A DNA stretch of 63,841 nt, the filler included, from Cystobasidiomycetes sp. EMM_F5 (Eukaryota), in NCBI GenBank assembly GCA_051047955.1. It is 3 parts of 3 records of this genome, joined end to end, with 100 filler letters (N's around TTAATTAATTAA, not from the genome) between each part and the next. Parts side by side here need not be neighbours in the genome. Positions count along the whole stretch, not along the records: positions 1 to 29,545 come from JBPGPT010000068.1; positions 29,646 to 57,644 come from JBPGPT010000069.1; 1 more part is not named here. One strand, written 5' to 3'. The translations under genes were made by a program, and so were the position numbers. A model generated the notes under the pieces. That model was not told the DNA's origin, made no database searches, and worked only from the letters and a program-made list of their open reading frames with translations. Below, piece after piece: positions 28,243 through 41,410 of the stretch (its first letter is position 1; every line of letters begins with the position of its first letter).

Positions 28243-29545
28243 CGAAGCTGCGCAGTCGGTAGATGTGCACGCCGAATGCGCTGCAACTTGCTTATGCTTA
28301 ACCGCTCGATTATCAACACAGGCTTTGTCCTCCCAGCCCAATCTTGGCTTTGCAAGCTGCGTATACGGTAAGAACTCTGTCAGACTAGGAAACAACAAGG
28401 TCACTGCGCTTGCTATTTGACTGACATTTACCAACATCGGATTATCAAGTCGATGCATAATGACAGTCAGCAGCACAATCAAGTTTCCAGATGTCAATGT
28501 ATAGATGCTGCAGTGATGTGTTCCGACGGACAATTTCACTACCAGTCCAGTTTTGAATTTTTCCTTACTGACACTGTTTCACATGCACCAACAGTTTTTG
28601 CATTGCAAGGTTGGAGCCGTCCAGTCGTTTGTGGTATTGATTGAACCTCTCAGTATCTAGAAACATTATTCAATAGCATTGAGTTCAGCAACGAACAGCT
28701 TACCAATCAAAAATGAGTATGGTAATTCCGGATAATCTAGCAAACCTCACACATCAATGTGCGGCGTTGTCGAAAAGAGTGACGAGAGTCACAAAGTTCT
28801 GACAAAGCATCTAATCTTCAATCTCACTTGAACTCGGGACTATAAAACTTATTTTTTACATCCACTTCGCTTTTTATCAGTCAAGTGGCAAGAATGCGTG
28901 TCGGAGGTTCCACATCAGCTTTGTGGGAGTAGCGAAAAAACACGAGAAGCAGTGTGTTAAAATCAAGATAAAAATCGCAATCTTCTCGCGAAAATTATGA
29001 ATGATAGCTAGAATGTAGTGCCGGCTGGGCCAGCAGTCTTTTCATCCTCCTGCGATGGGGAACAAGCAATGGGTACTGTCGAGCGACATTTTCACCCTTT
29101 CTAGTACTAACGCTTGAGAGTGTTGGCACAAACACGGAAAAACAAAACCTCTCAAGATATATATACCAGAGATTTGCTCTTCAAGAGATGTGGCTGTGTC
29201 CGCGAAATTAGCCAAACGACCATTGTGCCGGTCAATGAAAATAGAAATTAGAACAGGTAATTGGAGGTATCGGCGACGCTGTATTCTGTTTGCAGTTTAG
29301 CGCTGAACAGATCACACTTAGCGTTGTGTAGTATGGGTGATACCTATGGGTGATGAATCTCGTCCGCACAGTCTTCACAATCTATCAGTTGCAACATTAT
29401 GTAAATGTCGAACATATTGAGTGAGAATTGATCTCATCAATCTGAGACCCGCATCAGTACCTGGCGAGGTACTTCTGCATGATGATTATATTGAATGTCG
29501 AGGATGGACTTCATGTAGATTGGTCTAAGTAAGAGCTACAAGTAC

Positions 29546-29645
29546 NNNNNNNNNNNNNNNNNNNNNNNNNNNNNNNNNNNNNNNNNNNNTTAATTAATTA
29601 ANNNNNNNNNNNNNNNNNNNNNNNNNNNNNNNNNNNNNNNNNNNN
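29546..29645. other. Assembly gap with artificial six-frame-stop linker
   Basis: 100 nt of N with central TTAATTAATTAA. Confidence 0.99.
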
Positions 29646-32600
29646 AGAGACGGCCGGCTTGACCCTTTGCAAGTGATCGAGTTTTTGGTGTGCGTGACAC
29701 AAGACATGGCGGTTTGCAATGTAACTTACTTCATAAGCGGCCTGACCAAAACAATGATGGCGTAGATAATGTGGCTAGCGCAATCGTCACTAAAATGGAC
29801 GTTGTATCGTACGAGACCAGTTGCGCTCAGACATTTGCTGTAGCCGGTGGTACTCGAGATCTTGCCATTCCATATGAGAATCGTCCTAAGGACAGCTGCA
29901 TTGGGGTTGCGAATAGTCTCCGAAGCAATCTCTCCTCCCCTTTGAGGCGGACCGTGTGCGAAATGGCGATAATACCTCAAGAGTGCTTCCAATTTCCAGA
30001 CGCTATGAAGAGCTGTCGCCGCTGCAATGGTAGAGACAGATAGATCTGAAGCACGGTAGCTGGGCAACAGGAATCGATCGATGAGACGCTGATCTCCGAA
30101 TATCTTGCGGATGAGCAGGCTCTGTAACTCCTTGATGCCGAGGTTGGCATCATTGGAGAGGAAGTTGGCCCCGCGATGGGAATGAACAGGAGTATCATGT
30201 ATACTGGACAATGGCGGCAGAAGATTAAATATTTCAGACAGCTCCAGGCCCAGACAAGCCTCTTCTAAAAGCTGTAGCATGTCATTCCTGATAGTACCAG
30301 TGAGGGTTGCAGCAGTCGTTGTCCACGAATAATGACTACCACTCCACGTGAATTGGTGTGGCATGTCTATCCACAGTAATCGAGGGACTGGTGTGCTCGC
30401 CATTACAGATTGCAATACGAGACCTGCTAGCGAACTGAGGTGGTCAAAAATGGTCGGGCGACCTATTGTGATAAAGTATTTTGCTTCCAACATTATGCCG
30501 TCGTGCACGCTCTGTAGGTTGTCGACGTCGGCACGTTTGACCCCCGCATGATATGCTAACAAGCGAGTGATGTACCTGGTTGCTGCAATTAGACTGGATA
30601 GACCGCGAGGATGTGCGAGAACGGCACTGTCTTGAAGATACTGTGGGTCGCCGACCACTGTATTGGAATAGCCCGATGTGATGAATCGAGAGGCACGTCT
30701 GACGGGCCGCGCCGATATCATCGACAGAGCCAAAAATGCGACGAGTGGGTGACGAATACCATACCCTACGGTGAGATGCGTCTTCTTCGGCAGCAGTACC
30801 GCCGCAAGCAAGTCTATAATAGCAGATTGAATTGGAGTGAGGCGACGGTGGAGGTAGCTGTGTTGGGAGGCGGCGTCATAGCTGGCTGGCGCTTCGACAA
30901 TATCCAGGACAGCTTCGATGAGAGAAGCGTCCCCTGGTACCGCTTGCATCATTAGATCGCGAGCGGCTAGTCGAACGATGTTGCCTGCCAAAGTACTGTC
31001 GCTATCTCGCTCGATTGCCTCCTCAGGTCTCAACACTGCTCCAGCATCATCGTCGTCGGCAGTATCATCTACCCCTTCCCCAGATCCATCCTGATCTTCG
31101 TCGTCATCCTCTGCATCGTCTATCATAGGCTCCGACAGGGTAGCGTCCAGCGTTGGTAGAAGAGGAACGGCTACTTGTGTACTGGAAGAAACTAGCGTAC
31201 TTGTGGCGTATGAACCAGCTGAGCGACGAGGACGTGAAATGGGATCTTTGCGCTGTGTACCGTGTAGCATAGACTGCGGTAAAGACTGTACCTCTCCTGA
31301 ATTTCCGTCCATTTGCAAAGGGGCGGTATGCTCGGTCTGAGCCGATGAGAGGCTAAGAAAGAGGTCGAGGAGGGCAGAACATGCGTGCCGAGCATCGTCG
31401 CTTAGCGTTATGCCGAGGCCATCGACAACTGCTGGCGTCCAATTGGTCTGGCAATGAGCCGTCGAAAACAGGTCGTCGCGCATAGAAACGGAAGAGTAGT
31501 CACGAACTGAGCTCAAGGAGCCCTTACGTCAGTCCCTGGCACGTTCTGGAACATTCAAGAACATTACGTCATCATAGAATGTTCTGGAACCCGGTGGAAC
31601 CTTGTGGAACATTCTGGAACTTTTGCCACATAGAAGCTTCTGGAAAGTTCCAGGCTGCACAGCCACCGCCACCTACCTGTAATATAAAAGATTACTCTTC
31701 TGTTGTATCTCTCCTTTCCTTTCTTCAGTTCAGATCTTGCCTAGTCAACCCCTAGTGGTGGTCTAGTTCAGTAATACATCCCTCTTCCTCTTTATACCCC
31801 AGCCTGGTAGTCGCCTGTCGCCTACTCAGCTCCTCCTTCTATTCCACCTTCCGACAAGAGTTCTGCGAAGCCGAGTGGACGCGAAGATGCCATAGGAGTA
31901 TTCGTGTAGCGACGTCGGCGTAGCGGTGAGCAGTACTGGTCTCTTGCAAGCGACGGAAATTCCGCACAGATTGCGATGCAGCCTCCAAGCTGTAAATTGA
32001 CAGATGTCAGCGGTATGTTGCACCCTGCAGATTAAGAGGGTCCTTACCCCGTCATGGTGTCGGTACGATCAGCCATTAACAGCTTGCGGTCGTGTATGTC
32101 GGCCTTGGCAGCTTGTTCCATCAAAAGCATGAACAGCCCTCGGACCTCCTTTCTGAGGACAAACTCTGCAGACCTCGTGTCGGTGAGAGACAGAGGATCT
32201 GGCATAGTAAGGTTCCTCACTAGTCCAGGGAATTTAGCAACAGCTACGTTCCAGCCCAGTACATTCCAGACCGGATTTTCCACGTGTGCTGCTACGCCGC
32301 CAGACGAGGCCATCCTGGCTTCGAGTCCACGCTGTTGACGCATAACAGCATCGATAAGAGTGAGAGGAGCTAATGGCGGACGCTCGACCACAAATCCAAG
32401 CGTAGGATCGTGTACATTTGTGGGGTTTGGTGCGAGTATCCTGCGAGCGATATGCAAACGGCTGATATCCAGAGTAGCTCCACGAGATGCATAGTCCGTT
32501 ACCGCTCGATGAAAGGCCGAAAGGATCCATCTGTCAACTTCAATGTGCTTGGGCTTACCGGCCACCCACATCGTTTGATAAACGGGTGTGGAGAGGCCTG

Positions 32601-33823
32601 GTCCCAACCCGTTCTCATTGTCGTTACGACGCTGGTTACATTGTCCCTTGCCGCAGCCAGAGCGCTTGTACGAGTCGCGATTGGCATATACCGCCTTGCA
32701 GATTTCGCAGGACCATCCGTCAAACGACAAAGATGCGCCTTCCAGCGGCTGAGTTGGTGCTATGCGCGCATCGAATACAGAGGAGTCGGCAGCGGCATGA
32801 TAGGAATCTTCGGGCCCTGTCGACTGTGTGCGATGAGAGCACAGCAGTCCACAAGCGATATCGGATCGAGGGTGGGCAGGGACGTCGGGTTCAGAAGCAG
32901 AGCAGTCGGAGCAGAGTTTGAAGCGAGCGATGTAGGCGTCCACGACGGATTCAATAATGCTACTGCTCTTGTGCGTGTCGCTGTGGTGAGTGCGTATGAC
33001 ATGTGTCGCGGCTGAGCGTCCTACGAGGAGTCGGCGGCAGTCGCGGTGCGAGCATATGAAAACGCCTCCGTAGGATAAATGGAGGTATAGGCCGCACCCT
33101 ACTAGATCTGCAGGGAAGCGAAGTAGAGATTGGTCTGGATCTACAGCTACGGGCATGGTAACTAATCCCGCCGCATCAGGTATCCAGTTTGCAGCCGGCA
33201 AGGGTGGAGCAGCCGCAGCAGCCTGAGAGCTGACGATGAGAGTCAGACTTTCGTCGGCATTCGCGGAACTAGCTCCTTCTCTATGCGCTGGAGAGGCATT
33301 CGCGGATTGTGAGTCGTGTTGATGCAAATTCCACGGTGGTAACGGTGGCAGGCTGGCTGAGGAGATGGCAGGCGCTGATGACGGACGAGTAGGTCCAGAT
33401 AGCTGTGCTATAGTCGGCAATGCAGTAGTGTTTAATGCGGAACTGGTGTCTGGACTGACGTCGATGAGAGACGCAGGGGCCAGACGCCGCTTGTGTGAAT
33501 CGGGAACGTCATCACTGTTAAAGGATGTATCGGCCTAGTTGACTTTAATATCGCCGTTCTAAGACTCACCCAGTCCCGTAGGGTGTACACCCGTTTGCGA
33601 TCCATTCTTGCTCGGTGGCAATAGGGCCAGGTATTGAGAAAGTACCAGCGGGAGCGCACGAATGTGCACGCCTTGCAGCTCTCTTGCCTTTAAAGACCCT
33701 ATCACAAAGAGGGCATGTGTAGTGCTCGCGCGAGGCCGGCATAAAGACTTGGTACTGGAGGGCGTCCCATCCTATCATAAAGCCGTACACGCCGTCCGCG
33801 GTAGAATGGGTACCAGCAGACAT
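29646..33823 (-). pseudogene. Large spliced gene: Zn-finger/OrsD(DUF3505)-like N-terminus plus the region found upstream of fungal telomere-linked RecQ helicases, with a tyrosine-recombinase-like motif; disrupted by an LTR and running into the gap
   Basis: ATG 33823 (CPLCDRVF..HSC) splices in frame (GG|GTGAGT..AACAG|T) to ORF 32044-33420 (ICSHRDC..HVIRTHH; CEIC..RDSYKR), then intron 32047-31991, exon FRRLQETSTAHRY, LTR, and ORF 29726-31516 with HFAHGPPQRGGEIASETIRN..RTILIWNG..TGYSK..LVRP; intron donor GTAAGT at 29729. Confidence 0.7.
31527..31856 (+). mobile_element. Solo-LTR-like insertion
   Basis: Ends (C)GTCAG...CCGACA; nGAAn arrays, TATAAAAG at 31683 and a pyrimidine-rich tract; sits between two exon pieces of the host gene; no TSD found. 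Confidence 0.65.
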
Positions 33824-34445
33824 AATAAAGGAACGAAAGAGGGCGGCGGTTGCGAGTTTGCATATAGAGAAACTGTTTGTGTTGTCCAGTAGAGGTGAGC
33901 AAAAGTGGGGGATGGTGGCGTGGGGATAATACAGAGGCAACATCAACAAGCAACAACAAGCTGGGACTTAGTCACTTCGCATGTGCACTGCATTGTACTA
34001 CTCTACAGTAGCAGCTGATCTCGCTACAAAGCAAACATTACAAACAGGACGTACACCGTGCGCACTGCGGTTGCAAACGAGTGACTAACTCGAGGCGCTG
34101 ACGCCTTTCGGAAGCGGCTACGGGAGTCTTGGGGTAATTCATGAAAGGCGCTGCATTCCGGAGCGTGTCAGCGTACCAGATAGAAAGAAAAAAATGGTGG
34201 CTGGAGAGCATCTTACTAAGAGCGCAGGAGGGTGCAACAAAGGCGAAGTTAATGGATGGGTAGGCGACTAGAAAACGACCATTCACTAGCGGCGCCGATG
34301 AGAGGCGCACGCATAAGTAGAACTCGTGGCCTATGTGGAATGTGTAGCACCGTGTATGTAATCTCAAACGATGTGTAACAGAAAAAGCGAGAGTGCCGGT
34401 CAAAAGCAGAGCGAGGAGCAACACCGGCTGTCAAATGCATACACG

Positions 34446-36041
34446 TCAAGCCAACTCCTTGAACCTTTGAATGGCAGCATTGCGCAACAGGTCGAAACGG
34501 CTCCAGCTGAGAATGGAAGCAGTCCGCTCAGCTTCGGAGAGGGTCGTTGCGTTGAGGGCCGCAGTCAGACTAGCGAGGTCCGATACCGCGGCCATTTTGA
34601 AGCATTTTGTGGGCTCCGCGTCGTAAAAGGCCATGTACCACTTATGCTGCGGAGTTGGGCGTTTCGCCTCATTGAAAGCCGCTGTGAGCTAGGGTGTTTT
34701 ATCAGACGCCGTGATTATGGATGGACAGCCTACGACGTACTTTCATCGGTCCAGCGAGATACAATGCGTTGTCTTGGAGAGTCATAACGCTCGGGTAGCC
34801 AGCTACGTGAACCCAGCCTTTACAGTTGTCGGAATCTACGAATGCGATGTTGTGTTGAGTTCCGTTTGGGCCGACATGGTGCTTGCTCCCAGCATGATTG
34901 TACTTGACTACTGAAAAGAATGACGAGGGCAGGCTCAGCCCAGCCTGCTGTGCACAGAACAGAGTGTGCTGAGTCTGAAGGTGAATTTCGGGTCAGGTGG
35001 CATCTGCACGAAGGCAAACGAGGTGAACCTACAACGATACGTGGATCGCCATTGACGCCGTAGTACAGGGGCAGATTGTTAAGCAACTCCTCTCCAAGCT
35101 TCTCCGCCTGGATTTGCAGGTCGGTGAGAGACCTTACAAAGCCGGGCAGATCCCCTGAACTCTTGCTGAGTTTCCATTCGCTGTTGCTGATGACAGCGTC
35201 CATATCGCTGCACATGCGCACGGCAATGCCGATATCGGCCAAATCTGTATTCCATTCGTCGCCCTGCTTGCAAGGGTCCCAGAATAAGGGCCTAACCGAC
35301 TCGTATGTTGCCCTACGGGTGTCGAAACCGCCCGCGCTGATTCGAGTTGGCGACGCGCTTGCCAGTAGACGAAGAATATGACCCGCCTGTACTAGATTCT
35401 AAAGATCCAGACGAAGCGATTGAGAGAGCACGCTTGTGGAGGGGCGTAGCATCGATGAGAGACGTACCACCCTGCACTTGCGCTTGGAGATGAGTAGTTG
35501 GTGAGGAGGAAGGACCACGGGCAGGAAGGACGGTAGAGTTGGATACCGGAACGGGATTCTCGCCCGTCATCGGGCTAGAAACAGCCAGCAGAGATGCCGG
35601 GGGGCTAGGACCGCTGTAGGAGAATGCAGATATGTTAGCGCAATGTAGCAAGCTGTACTATCAAACCTACTCTGCGACGCGAAACGGCGAGGTCGCTTCT
35701 GCCAGGGCAATGAGGCGATCCTGCTCAATTTCGTTGGGGTCGGGACTGGACGTGAACGGCCAGCCCGAGTGAGGATCCAGGCCTAAAAGCGTGTAGATAT
35801 CTCCGCCTGGCGGATACTGTCCCTCTCGGAGCCATGCTGGCGCTTTCATCGCGATAAATGCCTGGCAAGGGAAGGCGCGCGGCCTTTTAATGCCGTTGGA
35901 AAAAATGGGACTGGAGTGCTGGCGAGAGGGATGGAGGCTCAGGCCATCGCGCTGGAGTGGATGCAAGTGGCCAGGGCTGCAAGGCAGACGGAACGGAGGT
36001 GGAGAGGGGCGCAATGATAGATTATGGATTTCGATGCTCAC
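34446..36041 (-). CDS. Probable spliced hypothetical protein (island cargo); structure uncertain
   Basis: Chain of co-oriented ORFs (35667-36041, 35313-35651, 34820-35242, 34446-34634) ending at GT-like donors; no recognisable domain. Confidence 0.4.
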
Positions 36042-36846
36042 AATAGCCTGTATATAAGTAATACAATGGTACTACTGTCCAATCCTATCTCCTTTGCGTA
36101 GTCCAGCTTAGGCCTGTAGTTTATGAATCTGCGCAACCCTCACACCAAATCCAGGAGCACCCGTATGCAAAGCTGGGGCGGCGAGTCAGCCGTACAGGGC
36201 CATGTCGATGAGAGACATGGCACACTGCCGTTGCTATTGTTGACATGATAGGCTGCGCCTGAGTGGGGGAGGGCAGAAGCACAATCGATCAGCTACGATT
36301 GTCTAGACGTAAATATAACGCGATTTACATGTGCTACTTCACCGTGTGAAGATCCTGTGTAGATGTAGCAGAGCCTAGCATGTGCATCGAGACCGTATTT
36401 ACACGCATGACTTTACACAGAGAACAGGCTAGTAGGACCACTAGCAGACGAGTATCCGTAAAACTACCGAAAGTACGCCAACTCTAGCGTGGACAGACTA
36501 ATGCAGACCTCTGATTTCACTGAACGTCGGTACATTTACTACAGGCTCGGGATGTTTACGCAAAAGGAGAGACTAACCGTGAAAACGAGGAGATTGTATG
36601 ATTGGAAGTCTGCAGGGGCGAGCACAAGCGATGTCAGAGCCTCTTGCCTTGCAGAGGGTTGACGTATTCAAAATACTTACGGAAAGATTTGAAAGCTGAG
36701 CGAGGAGACAATGCGGCGAGCAGAGACGATGAGAGTCTCATGCCAAAGGCGCCATCGGGGAAACAGAAACGGTGTGGGGATTCTCGCTGCTGCATGTAGA
36801 ATGCCGAAGCCAGCAGAGTGGTAGCGAGCAGGACGGGCACGTACGC

Positions 36847-39800
36847 TCAAAGTGGGACAAGGCCAGTCTTGGAATACGGAGAAACACTGACTGTCGGCCA
36901 TTGAGGAATGAGATTGCCAGAGTAGTCTGCAGTGTGGCGATGTCGCTGGTCGACGTCGTTGCGGCTGAGCCTGAGTGGAGCACGAACAGCCGGTGTTGAC
37001 CGTGTAAGCAGTGCGCGCTCCTCGACGCCCTCTCTCAGAGGAATGACGTAGTGTTTGCCGCCATCGCTGGAGATGTGCTGGATGTTACAGTCTGCTACGA
37101 CGACATCGGCCTCTTCGGCGTTGTACCCGAGTTCGCTAATGATTTCCGAAAGGTAGGGGAACCCTGGTGACACTCTCATGTCCCGAATGATTCCCTCGGG
37201 CATGGGTCGCACTGTTGATGCGGTCGACGCCGACGATGCAGAGGTCGATGAGAGACCTACTGCAGCCGATAGCGGTTGCCAGCCTACGGTGTGTGTGCGG
37301 GGAGCCGGAGAGGTACTGGATGGGCCCTTTGACATATACGCCGCCATTCCGAAAGGATCGTCTTCGTCATCGTCGTCGTCGTTGTCGTCGTTGTAAGTGG
37401 ATTCAAAAGTCTCCCGCTTCCTCTGCCTGCTCTTTTTGCCCCGCCTACGTCGCTGCGATTGAGCGGGCATCTCATTCACCGGCGGCTGGGCCGGAGCTGC
37501 CTCTGCGAGTCTGAATTAGCCAGAGGTATCGCCATGCTAACGGACGACATGCTCACCATTCGTTGAACTACCGAACAACTGGCCGTAAGCTACCCTGCGA
37601 CGGTTGACTTCTGCGTCGGTATGGCGGGGTCTGGCGATGCTGCGAATCAACCAAAACAAAGCCCGTCGGCCTTCCTGATCAAGAATAGGTGCACTGTCCA
37701 AGCCGGGAACCATTAAATACAGTCGTTCGATGCAGCAACTGTACATGCAGCCTTGGAATTTGGCGATATAGCCTGGGTCTTGCAGATATGGAGCTCCGAC
37801 GTGCCGACCGACGCTGAAGGAATTGACGAGCCATAGCTCTTTGAGATTGTGCAATTCTTCGACGAGGCAGAACCAAGAGAGACACGGCATGTCTTCCACG
37901 ACCAGTTTTGTGATGGTTTCGAAGGCAGGGATATACCAATGGCGTACAAAGTCCGTCCGGAACAGACCGACAGGGTCGTAGTAAGGACCTCCAACGAGAA
38001 CCAAGCTTGTAATACCGCGACACGAGGAGAGAAAGTCGAATAGCATCCACTCGTACACATAAGGGACGACGCTGTCCTCGAGGCGGGAGCAAGAGTGCTG
38101 TACGCGAAAATCCAGTGACAGACTGTGGAGGAGAACATACGCGCGAGATTTTGTCGAAGGATAGTCGGAAATGTAATGCCTCCATTGGGTATCAAACTGC
38201 TGCGGCGTACCTACGATGCCCGGCATGTTGTATCGCTCGCCAAAATCCCGGATGTATGCTTTGGGGTATAATGGCCCCGTCTCGCCTTTTCCGTCGTTGT
38301 ATAGCCGAAGGACAGACAGCAGAGACTCAAAGGCATCGATGGAGCGGATTTTGAGCGAGATACCTTCGGAAACAGACCCTCTCCATTGCAGATTCCAAGC
38401 ATTTGGCCGCTTGATAGCATGCAATGCTGCCAAGATGTTCCAGCTTCCCAAAGATATTGCCAACAGCGAGCTGGAGCGAGCTTCCCACGTCGACAGAGTG
38501 TCGCTGACTGTAGTGCCGCGCCAGACAAGAGTTGAGCGCTCAAGAGCGGCTCCGTAATTGGAAGCTGCGTCGTCTGGGTGAGAGGCTACGCCGTAAGTGA
38601 GCAGAGCTTCTGATGGGAACGGGAATCCTAGGTGCAACAAATCGTCCAACACGAGCCTAAGCCCATGATCTTCGACGACGTTGTCTATATGTACTCCGGC
38701 ATAATGCGGCGTCTCGTGCGATTTTGGATATCGGTTATGCAGATTGAAGAAGATGGCCTCGCGTATCTGCACGAATTTTGGCAATGGATTCAAGAAACGT
38801 AGGCTATCCCAGTCGGATTTGAGGGTGCTCGTTGGATATTGCGATGGCGACGCCTCAGGGGCTGCGGAGAATGCAGTGGGTCCAATGCGTGACTGTACGA
38901 GTGTGAGTGCGGCAGCGGCAGCTCGAGATGACGGCTTTGATGGAATGATGTCGACATCTACGGCCGGTTTTCCAGCAGTGCTGCCTGAATTGAGAGCTAC
39001 TTTGGCGGAGGCTCCTGGTGTCGATGAGAGACATTGTTCACCTGCCGGTTCGCTGACGGTCGAAGGGATGCGGGACACAACAGGAGAGTCGACGGGCTCC
39101 TCGAGTGACAATGTCGATGAGAGACATATGTCTAACCCGCGAGCCAAATCAGCGGAGCCCGTCGATGAGAGACGACTTGCCGATATGGAAACTGTCGGTA
39201 GTGTCTCGCACTCGACGACATGTTGTACTGTAGCGACGGCCTGTCGGGACGCATTAGATTAGTGAAAAGCTGGTTGCCAATAGTAACGATAACGGACCGC
39301 CTGTTTGCCGACGGGCAGTTTCAACGTTGGAGAATGTATAACCGAGCTGGCCGGTGTGGGCAAAGTATTGCTTGAGCTGCTGCTGCTTTGAGAGGTGGAC
39401 CTATCTATGGCGACCGATGAGGGGAAACTGTGATAGCAAAGCTCATCAGCTACTAGAATTGCGAAAGTGTACTAAAGCACGTACTAATCCTCGGGACTAC
39501 ATTCATGGAAAGTATCATGCGACGCGTTGCTGGGAGAAGGCGGCAGACGCAGTCCAGATTTGTCGGCTGTAGAAGGCAAGGGGGTGAGAAATCTAGACAG
39601 GCCGAGCGCGTCTATGTCTTGCTGGGATAAAAGGGCGGGCCAGAGGATTGCGGGCTCGCCCATTCCCGGAAAGTCTGATGGGAGTGGCCGAGCAGCTCCA
39701 GGGCGTGTTTTGATCCATGCTATGAGACCGAGTCGCAGGCAAGCACTAGCTGCTGCTCTAGCAGCGGCGTCCCTCGTACGGAAAACATCGCCGGGGTAAG

Positions 39801-40952
39801 CGCCCACTTCGAAGACGTCGCCCAGAGGTCCACGGACTTGCAGGACTGGCCAGTAGGCGTTGACTTTTCCTTGCGTAGCGGCAGACGATTCTACTTGATG
39901 CAGCCGTTTTTGACCACGGATTGTCGCTGGTTGAGCCGGCTGCTGGGTAACGGACGGAGTCCACTGCTGAAACGCAGAGTAGTACAAGTGTGCCCCTTCA
40001 CTATCATAAGCAAGGGATACATGACCCGCAACGACGTGATAGCGAAAGTCAAAGTCGGGCATAAGTTTTGAGAGGAGGAGCATAACGAAGGGAGCGTTGC
40101 AGTACCCGGGGATGACATCGTCGATGAGGGACGGTTGCCATGTAGGAGATGTGCAAGTGAATGGTTCCTCCCTAAACCGTGTCACCATTCTTTGCTCTGC
40201 CTCGCTGTAGACCATCTTGTCGCAATCGCGTCCCACAGCTGATTGTCGGCACAAATAGCCGCCCATGTTGCGGCGTTCTTTCCGGGATATAGGCGCCATT
40301 CGCCTGCCGGGCCGAATTCTATGATAATGCACGGACACGGCTGACCTTCAACGTCCTCTGACATGCTCGTGGATATGTATCGGCGGAAATCGAGCGGGCA
40401 CAATCTCTTGTATCGATCCTCACACAGGTTCCTTGGGGGCGTAAGGTCTGATAATCCTACTATGAGACTGCTGACTAGGCGCCTGAAGGTAGCCTTTACG
40501 GCCTCTTTCGTTCCTGCGCCTGTCGACATCGCGATGCGGTCCCAGCCATCGGCATTGGAGACGCCTGCGAATGTGTGGAATGACACGCTGGGAGACGCGA
40601 GATAGGTTGGCATACCGGTGGAAGTGGTGTGCCGCAGGACGACCAGAGACGTCTCCACACAGACATTTTCCTCTTCAGGGAGCGAATCCTGTACCGTTTC
40701 CTGCAAATCGGCCAAAAGAGTGGAAGGCGAGGGATCGACGTCGTTGGGCGGCGCTGACGCATGGTAGATTGCAGTGCGTTGGCCAGTCGCCTGGGATTGT
40801 ATCATATGCATGACTTCACTTGTAGCGGTTCGGCCCAAAGACCCCTTTTCGAAGACATGGGTCCACAACTCAATTGCATCTTGGCCAGTCAGAAGGGCAC
40901 CGTCTACATAGACATCTATGCTATTGGCTGCCAGCTCCTTGATTTCTGCCAT
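36847..40952 (-). pseudogene. Unknown large protein, copy A (dsRBD-like + LRR/RNI-like + conserved C-terminal block); frameshifted near 40215
   Basis: ORFs 40182-40952, 39484-40338, 37537-39147 and 36847-37479 are joined by in-frame introns 39484-39428, 39297-39241 and 37556-37503; collinear with copy B. Confidence 0.75.
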
Positions 40953-41369
40953 TCTCAGAGACGAGCGGAGAACGCGTGGTGACTTCGATGAGAGAAGTGC
41001 ACTGAGCGGTTAGGGGGTAGTGCGGCCTGTTCAACTTCGATGGGAGAAGTGTGATACAGGTGTGCAGAGGGCGGGGTGGGATGTTTGAGCTGGATTGTTC
41101 GAATCTTGAGTGGCGTGCTGTAAAGACGGGTCGAGATTAGCGGATGTAAGAACAAATGGAATGGGAGAGCGTCGTCGATGGGAATCGGATGGTGGAGAGT
41201 AGTGGATCACTGGCTACTACTCGCCGTCAGTCCTGCTACGGTGACTCCCGAAATAAATCGAGTGCAAGGCTGAGGGGGGACATGACGAACACGACAGAGT
41301 AACGAGCGACAGCAGATGCAGACACAGTCACAGCACTGTCGATGAGAGACAGTGCTGTGCTATGCCTAA

Positions 41370-41370
<1 letters not shown>

Positions 41371-41410
<40 letters not shown>
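41371..41410. repeat. (CTG)13 microsatellite
   Basis: Read directly; the paralogous position 48387-48401 has about 5 units. Confidence 0.95.

Noticed and set aside
29590..29601. TTAATTAATTAA palindrome inside both N runs
   Set aside because: Artificial scaffolding linker with stops in all frames.
29646..29655. AGAGACGG at the gap edge as another family 1 hairpin
   Set aside because: The left arm lies in Ns and cannot be verified.
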